A stretch of 64,000 nucleotides of DNA, taken from NCBI GenBank assembly GCA_030141605.1, contig JAQGDQ010000089.1, positions 1 through 64,000 of the forward strand, read 5' to 3'. The notes beneath the pieces were generated by a model, which worked only from the letters and a program-made list of their open reading frames with translations, ran no database searches and had not been told where the DNA came from. This document shows positions 41,801 through 56,800 of the stretch, one piece after another. Every line of letters begins with the position of its first letter. Position 1 is the first letter of the stretch. Source of the DNA: Tubiluchus corallicola. Lineage: Eukaryota > Animalia > Priapulida. The translations under genes were made by a program, and so were the position numbers.

Positions 41801-44800
41801 TTGCCCTCTTATTACTGATGCTTATTCATGTAATATGACCTTATCTTTTCGAAATAAATTACAGTTATAAATTTTCATTAAAAGAAAAAAGGTAAAATCT
41901 TAATGTAATTTTTTTAAGTGTGCCGTGTCTTGACTCACGTTTTTTTTTAGATCAAAGTCTCGATGTCTGCACCAGATGGAGACTGCGTACGACGTCTGCG
42001 ACCAAATGTGCAACCAGGCTCGACAAACCGCATTGTTCTTCACTATTCTACCAGTAAACCGACAGAAGACAGCCTTCTGTTTTACCTCGGCAGCAGCGCT
42101 TTTGTAAGTCTAAGTAAAACATAGATTGAAATGTTTTAGATTTAAATTCCTCACCAGTACAGGTAGAGATCCGTAGCCTGGAATATCCATTAATAATGGT
42201 GAGTGTCCCTCAAGAGCTGCTTTTGCTTAACAGTCAAATGCAGTTTTTGTATTAAAACATGATGTCCATTTTTCCCTAACTACACACCGCAGGATTCATT
42301 TTACAAAATAGCGGCCATTGTTGCCTCACAATTTATGAGAGTCTAGTGATTTTTCTTTGTACACATTCATCATCTAAATCTATGAGGTAAACAGAACGCA
42401 AGTTAAAATAAAGAATAAGTGCAATTTTTCCGAATAATTCTTTTGATTGTGGAATAATTTGGTGCGCAAATTTGTCTAGCTTTTGGAAGCAGTTTGTAGT
42501 GCTCTGGTCTTCCAAAGTATGCTCCTACTGTTAGGCATAAGTGAACCATTTATTATTAATTTTGTAAATTGTTGACATTTCACTGTTCAATTTCAACCTC
42601 TTCACATTTTGCTTCCTTTCGCATAAATTATGACTTCAAATATTTTTATCAGTGTCTAGTTTTTTGTTGCTGGTTTACTGCTATGTTTATTTGTCTTGTG
42701 GGCAGATTTCTTTTATTTTAGAGTTCTGCCTGCCCATTTTCTACAATAGATGTAATGGGCATATGATGATAATAATGACAATTCAAAGATTTAGCAAACT
42801 GTCGGTTTGTGCCAGGGATGTTACCGAAACGAGCTAAATATAGGCAACAAAATGTTTCTAAAATAAAATTTGTCATGTCTTTCTAAAAATCTTTAAACCA
42901 TAAACTTTGTTCTACTTTTTTGGTTCGGATTTTTTGCCTGGCTACTTCATCAAATTTGTATCTTTCTCGGTTTTCATAATAGTTGGTTTGCAAAAATGGT
43001 TTCGGTTTGGTTTGGTTTCGTTTGGGTATTGGTTTCCTATGTTTCATAAATTTGGGTTTCGGTTTGTAAATTCAATTTTGATAACATCCCTGGACTTTAT
43101 GCCATCTTTAAACTTACTCCTTTTTTTAATTCACAACATTTGTGTAACACGTCTTCACTAGTATGTTACTAGCAGTACTTATAAGCTTTTCTCATTTCTT
43201 GAACTAAAATACTTGCACAGTTTTTACCTAAAAAAAGTTTCATTCGTTTTTTATTTTTACTTACATAGACATATATCAACGTTTTTAGTCTCATGTATTT
43301 TTGTACAAACATAGTAATATTACGATCATTTTCCTGTAGGAAGATTTCTTAGGAATAGAGATGGTTGACCGACACATCCGGTTTGTTTGGAACGTGGGCG
43401 GAGGTTCGCAAGAGATAACTCACCCGTTAGAAATCATGGCAAATGATGATGTACAAAGCGATCCGGACTTGTGGTATCGAATTGAGGCTGTCAGGTAATC
43501 AGCTTGTAAAAGTTCTTTGGTTTTAACATCTAGGTTTAGTGTCTGACTCAACTTTCAGTTCCTCTTTAAAAAGGAAACTAATGTCAATTCCGCCTGTCCC
43601 TGTGCACAAAGGCTGGCAGCGCCATAGAATATATCTTGTATGTTATTAATTATTTCTATATTATGTAAGCGAAAGTCAGCTAAACAACCATTCATGCTAA
43701 TGTTGTCTTCACAATAGCAAACAGACACAGATTATTTTGAATACAAAAAAAACTACTGACTTACAAACGGAATGGCTAAAATGTGGAATACCCAACACAG
43801 AAGAAACATTCATATCACAGTATAGTAAAGTATTTTTGTAATGCTATACTGATCGCATTTATCAAAAATATTTTCATCAAAATATCTTTCATTTCAGTTT
43901 CATTTGGAAATATAGTGCAAAATTATAGTATTTCTGCATAAATATTGTTAAGTAAGTGAAGGTAAATAAACGTCGGTTTTCTCCTTATTAATGTCTTACT
44001 CTCGGCATCCTATATACCAAGAAGTCCTTTCAATTTCTGTCAGTTCATTCTGTTCAGCTCTTACTACTTTTTAGAAATCGTGGGAGACCAGGCAAAATTC
44101 CGTGTGATGGTGATGACAGTGTGGTGGTTGTTGCACTACTTAAAATTATCATAGTGTAACTTCCGTGTTTGCAGTGACTGCGGCAATGTGAGGTCTTCGT
44201 ATGTCTCGAAAGAAAGACATGACTGATGTAAAAACAGCTAAATTGCAAAAAGCTGTTATATTTACTGCACTTTTTTAATAAAATAGCTTTTTTAATATTT
44301 GATATTTTATAGTTTGTTTGTTGGTGTGTGAAATAAGCAAATACTGTCAAGTAAATGAATAATTTTTCTTTATTGTTATTGCATTAGTACTTCAAGATGG
44401 TACTTTCAAATTTTTATCTCGTTCTAATGTAATTTTCTGTTCATCATATTAGCTTTATTGCTATGTTACAGAATTGCTACAGAAGGCAGTTTAAGCGTCC
44501 AATTGGTCACTAACCTACTCGACGAAGATCCGGATAAGGTTACTGGCCAGAGCGCTAAAGGCTTCACTAAAATTGAGCTTGATCCATCATCCTATTTTTA
44601 CATTGGAGGTCTGCCTCTAGGCTTCAAGGTAAAAACAATGATTTATTATACAGTTGGCACCATTTAACAGAGTCATTTTGGGATTGAAGTGTTTTGACCC
44701 AATTAACTGCATAAATCTATTAGCTGAAAAGTGTAATATTACTAATATAGAAGTAAGAATGACACTCCCTTAGATTGGCCTGCACTGCAATGGTTGCAAA

Positions 44801-47800
44801 TGTTAGGTTTTTACGTTTATGCTCTATTTTTTCAAAATTAGCTCCATGCTCTTGGTTGCTCTATGATTTTGCTCTTGTAAAGTTACAAACAATATTGGCA
44901 CATTACTGCCGCTGCATCAATTGCATAGCAGCAACAGTTAACTGATTAAAGTTCAGTGAAAAGTAGGAAGAGCTTCAAAAGTAAGTCTCTAGGCATGTGA
45001 TTAAAAGTTCATAAATTCTTGGACAACACAGTGAACTGCTGTAGACGAGCAGGTAACAGATTTAAACCCAAATCAAATATTCATACACTTTCCTATCGTA
45101 ATAGCGTATGGTAAACATACCTGCTTACAAACAAAACGGTACTTAATAAGATTGTTTCTACCTATACTACAGTACACAAACGCAAAGTAAAGGTGACACA
45201 AAAGTAATAGAAGCTCTTTGGTCACATTCAAGTATGTTTTTTAAGTACCTGAAGCAAAAATGTTGAGTTAATTATGCGGAATTATTTGAGTCAATTGCCG
45301 ACCGTTTTTATATACAGTTGAGTAGAAGTGGCTTTATGAAACGTTTTTTAATCAATTAGGCGACTGATTCTTTTAACCGTCAATCTAATAAATAGCACCT
45401 ACTGTAAGACTAAGTGTGTAATTAAAGGTTGTGCATTAACAAGGCTGATACTTGTCTAACAAGTAGATTCCAAGAGTCGGAGAACCATCCAAATTTTGCA
45501 AGAGACGGCCTCAGAATTCAGGTTTTAGGGAATGACATCGTACTTCTAGAAAGCTTACTAATGGCAGCATTTGAATCAGTAGATTGGTTGCAAATGTGTC
45601 ACAAATGGTCAGTTTAAATTTGCTATTGGAATCATGTTACATAATTGATTTTTCATTTGGTACATTTGCAAACTAAGGGACTTGTGGCAGGCAGTTGTTG
45701 TGGCTTACTTGCTAAGGCGGTTTTTTGTACTTAGTCTCCGTATCAAACAATGCGGCTCAAGTTTTTTTCAAGTTCATATCTTTTATTATTATACATAGTC
45801 TCATAACTACACAGATTAATTAATGCTAAATACTACAACACACCTTTAACTAACTCCATTAATATCCCAATATATTTTTCAAGTGTAGAGATTATACGTA
45901 GATAGTATCTAAGTACAGCAATATAGCACATTTTTATAAAAAAATGACTATAGAAAGCGAAATACTGGATATACAAATGATTACAGTAATGATGAAAAGT
46001 TTACAAGCATCAATACATAATTATGAATGCATCTGGTAAACAACCACACTTTTGTATGTTTTTGTATGGCAGTTGAGTATGACTATGATCTCTACACTAA
46101 GATGGGACAACAATTTGTTCATGAAAATAGTCAATTACCGCTGCTTAATTTATTGATTAGCGAGTCCACATAAAGAATTATAGATTAGCCTCACAATATC
46201 CTCACATTAGCCTCTCAAGTGATCTATAACATGTTAAAATATATGCTCCCTACTTCCAAGCAAATTGAAAAGTGTCACTGCCATTGCAATGAGTCTGTTG
46301 TTCACTTTGAGATTCTTGTTGTGTGCATTCTCTTTGTTATTAGTTGTTGAACTACTAAAGTACTTGTGAAACGGTTTTAAGAAATTCTAATCTATTTTTA
46401 ACTGTGTTCGTGTTAATCGTAGAATAAGTGTTACCATTGCTTTTTTGCAGGTAAGTCCATCAATGAAAACACGTTCATTCACCGGCTGCATGGGTGATGT
46501 GATGGTGGATGGTAGCCATGTTGGATTGTGGAACTTTCTCTCTTCGGCTGGCAACTGTGCAGGGTGTACAGAAGTGTAAGTGTGCAAAATTTTGCAACTA
46601 GTTTTGTTATTCCTGGTTTTACAAATTGAAATGGTTTTAAAATGGTTAAGTGCAAATTACTGTGCTAGTAGATTATTCACAGTAGTCGACGGAATCATTT
46701 GTCTTTTCATTTCTCTGTTGTGGGATCTTTTACTGGCATTTAGAATGATTTCTATGTTGTTTGAATCTTGAATATTTTCTCTTGGTAATGTTAAGATTGT
46801 CTGTTGTTGTAGTCCGGCTGCTAAGCGGGCAGAGAAGAACATTTATAAGTTTAACGGGCAGGACAGTTACTCGGTGAGCCCGCAGATTCGTGGTTACAAC
46901 AGCCGACGGTACGCAGCGTCAATGCAGTTTAAGACATTAGCTGAGAATGGACTGCTTTTCTTTTCCGCAAACAAACAATCGGTAAGTAAGTTTTGCATTG
47001 GTTTTGTTTCAATACAAAGTTTTGCTCATCTTACCATCAAAGATTTCTTGTTTCCCGTGTCAAACTTCAACAGTTTAAAAGCTTAAATTATGCTTGTTTT
47101 TATCATCTTATTTATTTCCAGTGTTATCTTGTTTTTTAACAACTCAATTAAAGTTTCAATTATAAATTGTTAAAGTATGTGATTGTTTTATAAGCTCAGG
47201 GAACAGAACTCAAACTTTACAACTTCGTCGGAACATTTTCTTAATCATCAATTTTTATTCAAAACTACCAAGTCATTTTTGTGTCGGTGGATTTAGCTGG
47301 TTTATATTTCAATGGAGCACAAGGATGTTACAGAAACTGAAATTACAAACTGAAGCCAATATTTCTAAAACATTGGAAACTGAAACCAAAACAAATATAC
47401 AAAAAAATCATAGAAAAATGTTTATGGAGATAATGATGCTTCAAATTTTAATTGGTAAATATTTTGTTGTCTTTATTTCGTAAATTATAAAATTAAACTT
47501 GATTTTGTTCAATTTACACTTTTCTATTTTTTGATTGTATCTTTTGATTCACAGTCATCAGTACTGAAGATGTGTGCTACACGTTTTTTTACTGTTTTAG
47601 CCTAGATTTTTCAATGTTTTTTAATACCCCGGGGGAAAAGAAAAGATGAACTCATAAATACTAATTGAACCTTGAAAATGTACTACCGAAAGTTTTAGGT
47701 ACAAGTTCAATAAATTTCTACGGAATTAATGACTTTGTATGCAAAAACTGTGAAACTGAGCAGTATAACCATCAGTATGACATTGATGCTCCGGCACCTG

Positions 47801-50800
47801 ACCTTGCTTAGACTCACATGTGGAATTCCGGAGATTATGGATATAATTCCTATCTTGGATATTTCTTTTCAGCTTATTCACTGAGTAAATTTTATAATGA
47901 CATGAAGTAAATTTATGAGTTACTTATATGACCTACCACTGTGAGATCAACTTTTTTAATTGTCACAAGTGGAACTGTACCCATAACATTTTTCCTTACA
48001 ACTGCAAAAGTTGAGAGGAAGTCATTGAGCAGTTTAACATAGAAGATGAATTATTTCATTAAAATGAAGAGAAAATAATTTGTTAGAGAAAAACTCATTT
48101 TACTGTTTTTAGGCAAAATAAGTATCAGTAAACCATGAAATTTTGCTTAAAATTGTCGTTTACCGTCCACTTTGTTTACTGCAGCAAGATTTTATGTCTG
48201 TGGAACTTGTGGATGGCAAAGTTGTCTTCCAGTACTACCTAGGTGGTTCTTCTCGAGTGCGCATGGAAACCAAGCAGAAGTACAACAACGGACTGTGGGT
48301 GAGCGTTGTCGCCCGACGATATGGTCTTGATGGTATGTTGGAGGCGGCAATAAAGCCGCTCGCTAATTGAAACTAATATTTTTGGCAGCCTTCTGTTTTC
48401 TACGTGTTCTAAATTCGTCTGTATGCCACACCTGACGTTGCAAAATTTTATGTTTTCTTATGGCATAATTAATTCTTGATCCGTAGATAACAGTCCTTTG
48501 AACAACAAGTAAAAATGCCTCTAGAGCATACTTATTTAGTATTTAGTAGAATGATTTCGCCCCTGCGAAAAGCTTAGAAAACCTTATCCTTATGATGCTG
48601 TGTATTTTGCTCAAAGGTGTAAAACTTCCCTTTTCTGTATGAAAACTCGAGCCCCCATAATCCTCCTGCTGCTCTGTTGGTTATGGCAATTATTTTGCAT
48701 AAAGTGGGGGGATATTCAAGAAAATTAAGAAATACGTTTATTTTTGCCTCTAGGGTTACTGGAAGTTTCTGATGGGGTTCAAGAAAAAGAGGAGTATCAA
48801 GACAGTGCCCCCGCTGGAGGCCCGAGTGGGTTGGAATTGCTCCGCTCCGACATCTACATCGGCGGTGTGCCACCAGATTTTTTACGCGACAACTGGAAGA
48901 CTGTTTCCATGAAGAGTTTCCGTGGATGCATTAAAATGCCTCATGCAGGGGTAAGTTGTATGTTAATCTATTTGTGTGCCTCAGATAGTTTGTGGTGTTC
49001 TGGCACTTGCAGCTATCCAAATTTCTCTTCATATTGGGGAAAACGTGCTACAAAGTTTATAAATTAGGTGACGTAGTCAAAGTACAGTTATAGAGCCATT
49101 AGAAAAGCAAAAACTGACGACAAAAAATTTTTATGCTGCATTTTAAGAGCTTTTGAGCTTTTCGGAGAGCCTGCGCTGTGTTTGATTTTTGTAACTTTTT
49201 TTGTAAAAATTTAGTTCTTCAATCTCTTTAAATGATAAAAGCTCTTAAAACTGTGATCCTTGAAGTGAATACATTCTTTTTGAAGTACCTGCACAAAAAC
49301 ATTTGTTTTATCTTTTTTCATATTCTGCTTAGAGTCCGAATTTTTGTTGTTTCATTTAAGGCAGATTGATTTTTCAATTAAATCTTTGATAATTTGTTGA
49401 GACAAGTCCTCACACGTCTGCACGCCTAAGCTTTGCTGTGTCTTATTTTTGTTTTCTGAACATTGTTGATGTTACAGGCATTAAAGAACTTAAATTCATG
49501 TCTCTTTGTTTCCTATGACTCACTAATTGAATTGTGCTCATTGTATCCCACTTTGTTGTGGTTGCAGCATTGCTAATATGTTTTTACTGGCTTACACAGA
49601 GCACTGTACTCGACTTGACTATGAGTCGATCATACGGGATGGTTCCTGGCTGCGAACAGGAAGTTGTGCACACGTTAGGCTTCTCCGGGAAAGGCTACTA
49701 TGAGATGGATGCATTGAGTCTAGATCAATCTGCATCACTGCAAGTCACCGTCGCTAGTGATCAGGAGGAGGGACTGATTCTCCTTTCACGAGAAATCTCC
49801 CCTACTGCAGATGCAGAGGTTAGTCTTTTCAAGTGCAGTGCAGTCATTGTTTACTTGATATTTTGGTAATGTTAATTTCATTGATGAAAATGATTTTTTT
49901 CAATGCCTTTTCTACTAGAGAATAATTACAATTAGGAAACAGATAATTTAATTTATTAAGTTATGCCAAAAATAAACAAACATCACTAGATTTAGACTGT
50001 GGTATGGCAGAATTAATAATCCATTGTGGTTTATCTTCAACAACAATTAATGTAGCGCTGGTGAATTGAATAAAGAATGGAAATAATGGAAAGCTGTGAG
50101 CAAGTCGGGACTTGATCCTGAAATCTTGTGACCTTGCATGCATATTCTATTATTTGAGTTACTGCCACAACACTGCCCGAATACTTATTCTTGTAGAACA
50201 CAGGTAGATCACTACCTGTATTTTCTATTAATCCTGGCTTATCAGAATAAAAACTAATGATCCACTGTTGAGTAAACAGCCAGCTAATCTAATTAATTAA
50301 CAAGTTGAGTATTGAATTTTTATAGCACGTCTATTCATTGAGTTTATTCAACGGTCGGATTGTTGCTCGAGTGAACATCGATGATGACTCACTACAGCTT
50401 AGCTCGACAGAACAGTACAATGATGCAACACCTCACACCATCACTCTAGTCAAGGAAGGTGCTCGCAGTGTAGAACTACGTGTTGATGACATCACTGTCG
50501 ATTCCGGTTTACTGGCACGTTCTACGAGCTCGGTCAGAAGGCCGAGCATTGCAAGTCTGTATGTTGGTGGGGTGCCTGAAAAGTTTGACGTGAAAGACAT
50601 GGCTGTTACTTCTGTACCGTATCTTGGTTGCATCAGCGATTTTATCTACAATAAAGAGTGAGTTATTGATATTATTGTTGCTAACATTTGCCCGACATGG
50701 TTGAGCTGAATAAAAATTTTTTTAAAAGACATCATGTCAGTATTCAAATATTTTGCTGTTCAGTTGGACATCGCATGACTTCATCCTGCTTAATTGCTGC

Positions 50801-53800
50801 TCGGTAAAAGCTATGAGCCGTTAGCATTTCCCATAATTTCTTAATTTCAGATTACAAATTAAGTATCATTTATATGTTGAAATTTTTGTGTTTTTCAAGG
50901 CTCTTGTTATATTGTTCAAACATTTGTGTTGATTAGTCTTTGCTGTACAGCATATTTTTTAAAGTTTAAATACTGATTTTGTTGGAAGTACCAATGCAAT
51001 TAATATGTATTTAATTTTATTGACCATTTACATTTTTATTCCTGTGAGTAGCTGTGTAGATATGGGCCCCAGTGTAGTGCTTTGCCCAGGGGCCTATAAT
51101 GCTGTTAAAGACGGCCCTGGTACTGGAATGTACAGCAGCTACTCCTAGATCCATATTATAGTACAAAAGTCATATCAGATCTTTGTAAATGGTCACTAGC
51201 TTTTATATAGTGACTTGTCGCGTTCGCATTAATGTGTAAAGATTGAATTTTCTTTTTTTTTTCTAGGCTTCAGATTATAATGTTCATTTATATTATTCCT
51301 ACAATCAGTTTTCATCATTTTAAAGATTTCTAATATCACGATAAGCAGTCATGCTTAAGCACTGTTTTTCCATTTGTAGTTTTTTACGCTTTTGTAACCG
51401 AAACATTATCGTACTGCAACAGGTTAGTGATACTCGACCAACCAAAGAACTTTACCAACGTTGAGATTGGTCGGTGCTCATTACCACGACGTCTTCCTCC
51501 AACAATTCCACCACCACCGCCAATTGTGTTTGCGACGAGGCCGGTGCCTACAGTTCCACCTCAAGGTAAGTGTGAATCATCTTATGAGAAGTAGTTTATG
51601 CAGTAAACACACTCAAATACCGCTTCATGATATTCCATACTTGGTTTTTTATTTTGCAATGAAATCACAAAACAGTTATGAATGTGACACTTTTGTGACA
51701 TAATGAGCTAAATATGTGTTCAGTCATACTTTACAATTGACAGAAACAAACACAAATCATCGCAAAATAACAAAAACAGTCTAGCAGGGGTTATAATAAC
51801 CATTTATTTCACAATGTTTATTACCCTTGCGTGTAATGAATGACTTGAAGACAGGTGACACCGAAAAATTGTAAACCAGTCAAGACTTAAACCCGAGACC
51901 CTGGGATTAGGCCATCCATGCTCTGCCACCTGAGTTACCAGTTCAACATGACAACAGCAAGCTTTCGTGAAAGTTTTGTGAAATTTTAATTTATTGTATC
52001 TTAGTATGAGCACCTTGACTAAGAGTATTTGTCAGTCATGTCAGTGTTAATGTAAAGAAACTGTATCAGTGCATTCTAAGCACAGGCAAGTGTATGTCTT
52101 GAATACTTTCCATTTAATACAACAGTTAGAAAACAATAATGAAGACAAATGAGTGAGTTTCAAGCCAACGTCACTGCGTTGATTGGTAATAAAGTCACAG
52201 GAGAAATCCCAGGGAAAAGTCACAATTAATTTACAGTGGCCAGAAAAAAGTCACAATTTTGGTTAGGAAAGAAAGTCAGATAATCAGACAAAAGTATTCA
52301 AGTCAGTTACAATTTTTTTAAATGCCATAAACAATTAAAGTAATAAAACGGAAAATATTTTAAATCTGTTATTAACTGACAGTACATGACCTGTACATAT
52401 TCACAACACTATTTATAATGTGATGGATTACATGTAAAATAATCATGTTTTGTTCAGTATTTTATGGTTAGGTAGTGTTGTTTCTTTTTTCCTGTGACTT
52501 TTCGTAAGACTTTTTTCTGTGACTTTATTACTTGGATTTGCCACTGCGCTCCCAGTACTAGAGTAACAATGGAACCGATAGTAAAGGGGTGGGATCGGAT
52601 CCCAAAACAGTGTACGTGTAGGCATAGCATAAAAACAACTCCTATGCATATCCAAGTGTTGCCACTAAGCCACTTTTCACTCACGTTCTAAGCGAGCTCT
52701 TGAATCTTACAAACATAATATATTAAGAGACCAGATGGTCAACAATTGCCTTTTTAATAACATTGCTTACAGCAAACAAATGTTTTTAGGAAAAGCCGTA
52801 CCATCGACTACAGCTTCCACAGTCGGAGAGCAAACAACATTCCCTCAAACCACGAAATTTCTCTCAACAGAGGTAAAACTAGTGCTTTATCTTCGAACAA
52901 TATTATTTATCTTAACAATATTACTGATGATGACAGTGTTAACAAATGGTATCAATTCTTATGTATCTTGCTTCTGAAATAAGTGGGACAAACACTGACA
53001 ATTGACAAGTTACATTTCAGAGTGTTATAGAAGTACTGACACTGGCAACAACAGTAATCAGCAGTTATTGTGTTTTGTTTTATCTAGGCCAATTTATGCG
53101 CCTTGTAAGAAAAGAGTAGCAATTATTTTTAGAAATTAGTTGGGATGACGTAATGAGATCATATCCAATCGAACAACATCAGTGATCGAATCCTGGCATA
53201 ATTAAGCTTTGGCACTGCAGACGTATTTTGGTAGTTAGACATGGAGACATTGATCTTTTCTTTTGTTTCAGATGCCTATATCTTGTGCTCCACCAGTGGA
53301 CTATGCTAGAGAAGAGATGGGCGTAAAATATGGCGATGTGCCAAACAGCTATTCACAGATTGCAGTAAAGAGAAAAGACATTCAGACAAAGTATGAGAAA
53401 ATTTTTTTTAATAAATCTGTGTTTAATAAGTGATGTGATTTGAATTTCTTCTTGGATGCCACTGTCGGTGTAGCAGTTGTGGATAGTACCTATTTATCAG
53501 TAATGTTTGATCATTTAGCTGAGGCGTTTTCCTTACAATATCGATGTTTCGTTTGGTTTTTGTTTTTTTCTTTTGAGAAGATTGACCTGTTTTTCAATTG
53601 GCCATGCTCAAAAATAATTTTTGACAAAACACACTGACTTTTTCACTGTCACAAAGCTTAAAGGAAAAGCCGACCAAATCTTAAACTACAGCTCAAGATA
53701 ATCTATCTATAAAATATTAAAAGGGCACATACTATTTTTTACAGATTGACTTGCATGAAAGCATTATTACCACAGAAACGTAATTTTGCATTCGTGCAGC

Positions 53801-56800
53801 TAGTTCTTTGCTATTGCATGTATTTTGTCATTCGCTAGTTAGATGAGCACTAGCGCCTGCTTCTCAGAAACACATTGCGTAAAGAACAGGTGCTGTACCT
53901 CTCATTTCAGAGAAGTTCAATTGTGACGTTTGAGAACTCATGCGTGAGCGCAGTGATAAATTTAAAGTTAAAATTTCCTGATTTTTGTGTATCGTACTGA
54001 ATGTTGTACACTAGCACTGTACTTCAATTTTCATTTTGGCAAACATGTGTAGCACGCTTGTAGGGTGTTTGTGCTGCTGAAAATTATGTTCACTTATGAT
54101 GTAATCACTAGCTGTGCTCGCCTCTGCCATTAATTAAGATTTTTACTTATTATTTAATTTTAGCATTATTGTAGGTGTTAAAACGTATACTTTACCTTTG
54201 TTCATAATAGGGCAGGATATGAAGAATCGTCCTGTTTTCCTTTAAGGAAATTTTTGATAGGTACCTCGCTCACAAAGACAATGTATTGTGTTTTATCATT
54301 AGAAACATAAAAAGTCTATGATGTAATGTTGCTGTCATTTGAAGGAAAACTGTTTCCGTTCTCTTTGCAACGACGAATCCTAAATTGTAACATCATTGAT
54401 CACTCTTACTTAAACATTTCAGTTTCAATATTCGCTTCGACTTCCGTACCTACATAGCAGATGGTCTGCTATTTTACTTTGCCAATGCAGCAAGCACAAA
54501 CTACATTGCTGTCCAAGTAGCTGATGAGCGTGTCGTCCTCTCATATAATTTTAACCGTAATAAGCAGGAATTGAAAACCGGACCAGCTGGGTTGAATGAT
54601 GGAAAATGGCATAAGGTAAGTGCCAGTATTTAGCCACTTCACTACATGTTAGACAAGAAGCTCCTATCAGGAAAATGCTATTCATCAATTGGGCTATTGA
54701 AAATAAAGAGCAGTGCTGTTCTCTGTTGTCTGAAATATAAGCTACAAAACATCTATAACCAAAAAACTTTAAAACTCGTCGAAAAGATTGCTGTTATTGC
54801 TGAATGCTGTCATCTTCTACATAGTGAATGCAGTCTTCTGCATAGTTTTTCTGCTTTTTGTTGATTTTTTTCCTTTGAAATGGCTCAGTAAAGTTACAGT
54901 ATAGAACATAATTAGAAATCACCTTGCTAGAATTGGCGTCAAGTTATCAGACGATGGTAGGTGAACCCAATCCATGCATGTAATTAGATATGGTTGATTC
55001 AACATTGTATGATTGATAGACTATGTACATGTAAGTTAAAAATTATAGTTATATATGGCTATATGCCTATCTATGCCTTTATTTGTTCTACTAGAAAAAG
55101 AATCTTCTAGAGTAGCTATTGAATCAAATGACACAATTTGACTGTGAAGCACTGCTCTTACATATTTTACAAAAAACTAGTAGCTTGTAGCAGCAGTGAG
55201 GGGAAAGCAGCAATAATGGCAATAACACTAATAGTGTCGATAGAAGTGGCGGTAATGTAGTAGCAGCAGTAACAGTAATAACATTGCAGTGACTGTGGTA
55301 GTAGCAACTTTTCATTTTGATAAGATATTCCCGTTTACCAGCTGGAATACAATTTGCATAATGGTGAACTGGCTAATATGATATCGACTAGTAAATTCAA
55401 AAGATTAAACAAAAGCCTTTGCCAAAATACTTGTGATTTTAACCCTTCAATATTGATTTACTATTTTTGACCAAGATGTGTCAAATATAATTTGTCACAT
55501 TTCAGGTGCAGGTAACTAAAACAGGTGTGAGAATTAAACTATCTGTGGATCAGTCCGGAGAAGCGGAGGGTAAGGCAAAGAAGCGGATTAGTGTGCGGCC
55601 ACCCATGTACGTGGGAGGATTGCCGCCAGATGTGATTGATGGAGAGGGAGTGGTAAGTGTAATTTTACAACTGTTGTCTTCATTTGTGTTTGTATATTTG
55701 TCAGTTTTTAGTTCTGCTAAAAGTTGAGAAATTTAACCATGTACTAGCATCTTGTGCATAAGTTATCTTACTGAGTTGCATTTTGCTGAAAATTTGAAGC
55801 AATATATATAAGTTTTCTCAAATACTGCTACTACGTGCCGTTCCACTCAACAGTTCATTGTTCAGTTGCTTTATCACACAAACGTATTCAATTCTGACTG
55901 TGATATTGTACCAACAATTCGAATACATTCATATACAGTAGCGCATCTTGAATTGTATCTTTATTCGAGGTAAGGTACGACTCCATGTGTAGACAATGCA
56001 TGATGCGTGATTCGTGATGTTTGTATTCAAACACTTGAAAGTGTTTCCATCTAGACGTAATGCATAATGCCATAGTCACTCAAATGTGATCGATATTGTC
56101 CATATATGCATCATGCAGCAATACCAGACTGGAAACTGCTGTTGCCTAGGTGATTTAGCAAGTTTCCAAGTTCCCGGTGACGATTTTTGCTGATTGGAAA
56201 TTCTGATTAGGTCAGTTTTTGTCACTTCAGGAGATACATACAGTAACATTTCCGCTACATGAGTTTTTGAGAGCTGGAAGAAGCATATAATTATGTCTTA
56301 TGCATCTAGTTACACAGTTCATTTCACCATATGATGATATGTGCATATTATTCTTTTCCTTAAAAAATGTTGTGCACTCAAACCTGTACTTTCTTTGCCA
56401 TCTAATAGTACAATAATAAGCTAATGCCACCGCTGTAATGTTCATGCTGAAATTTTGACAGGGTATGGCTTTCAAAAATATTACTTCCAATTTACAGCCA
56501 ACATAAGTGGCAGAAAGAGTCAAAGAGCACCATGAGCTTTATTAATATGCATGGCTTTCACGGACACGTGGAAACAGTCAATACACAGCACATGTTACGT
56601 GCCCATGGAGTCCTAGCTTTACTGTATAGCTTTTAAAAATTTTGCAATTACTTTTCGAAAATGTCCAGTTAGGTGATATAATAATATAAAAAGTTTAAAC
56701 CTATATTTAAAAACTTAAATTTTAATGATATTTTTGCTCACATGGCAGACGAGACTTACAATGGTAAGATAGGCAGATGAACTCTGCAAACTTTTTGTCT

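Noticed and set aside
44075-44101. Second possible 27-nt phase-2 microexon in LG1 (NRGRPGKIP)
   Set aside because: The acceptor is good but the donor (CC|GTGTGA) is poor and no regulatory motif cluster flanks it; not supportable without reads.
52771-52789. Upstream alternative acceptor (cttacag) for the linker exon
   Set aside because: It reads into TAG at 52787-52789 in the required phase.
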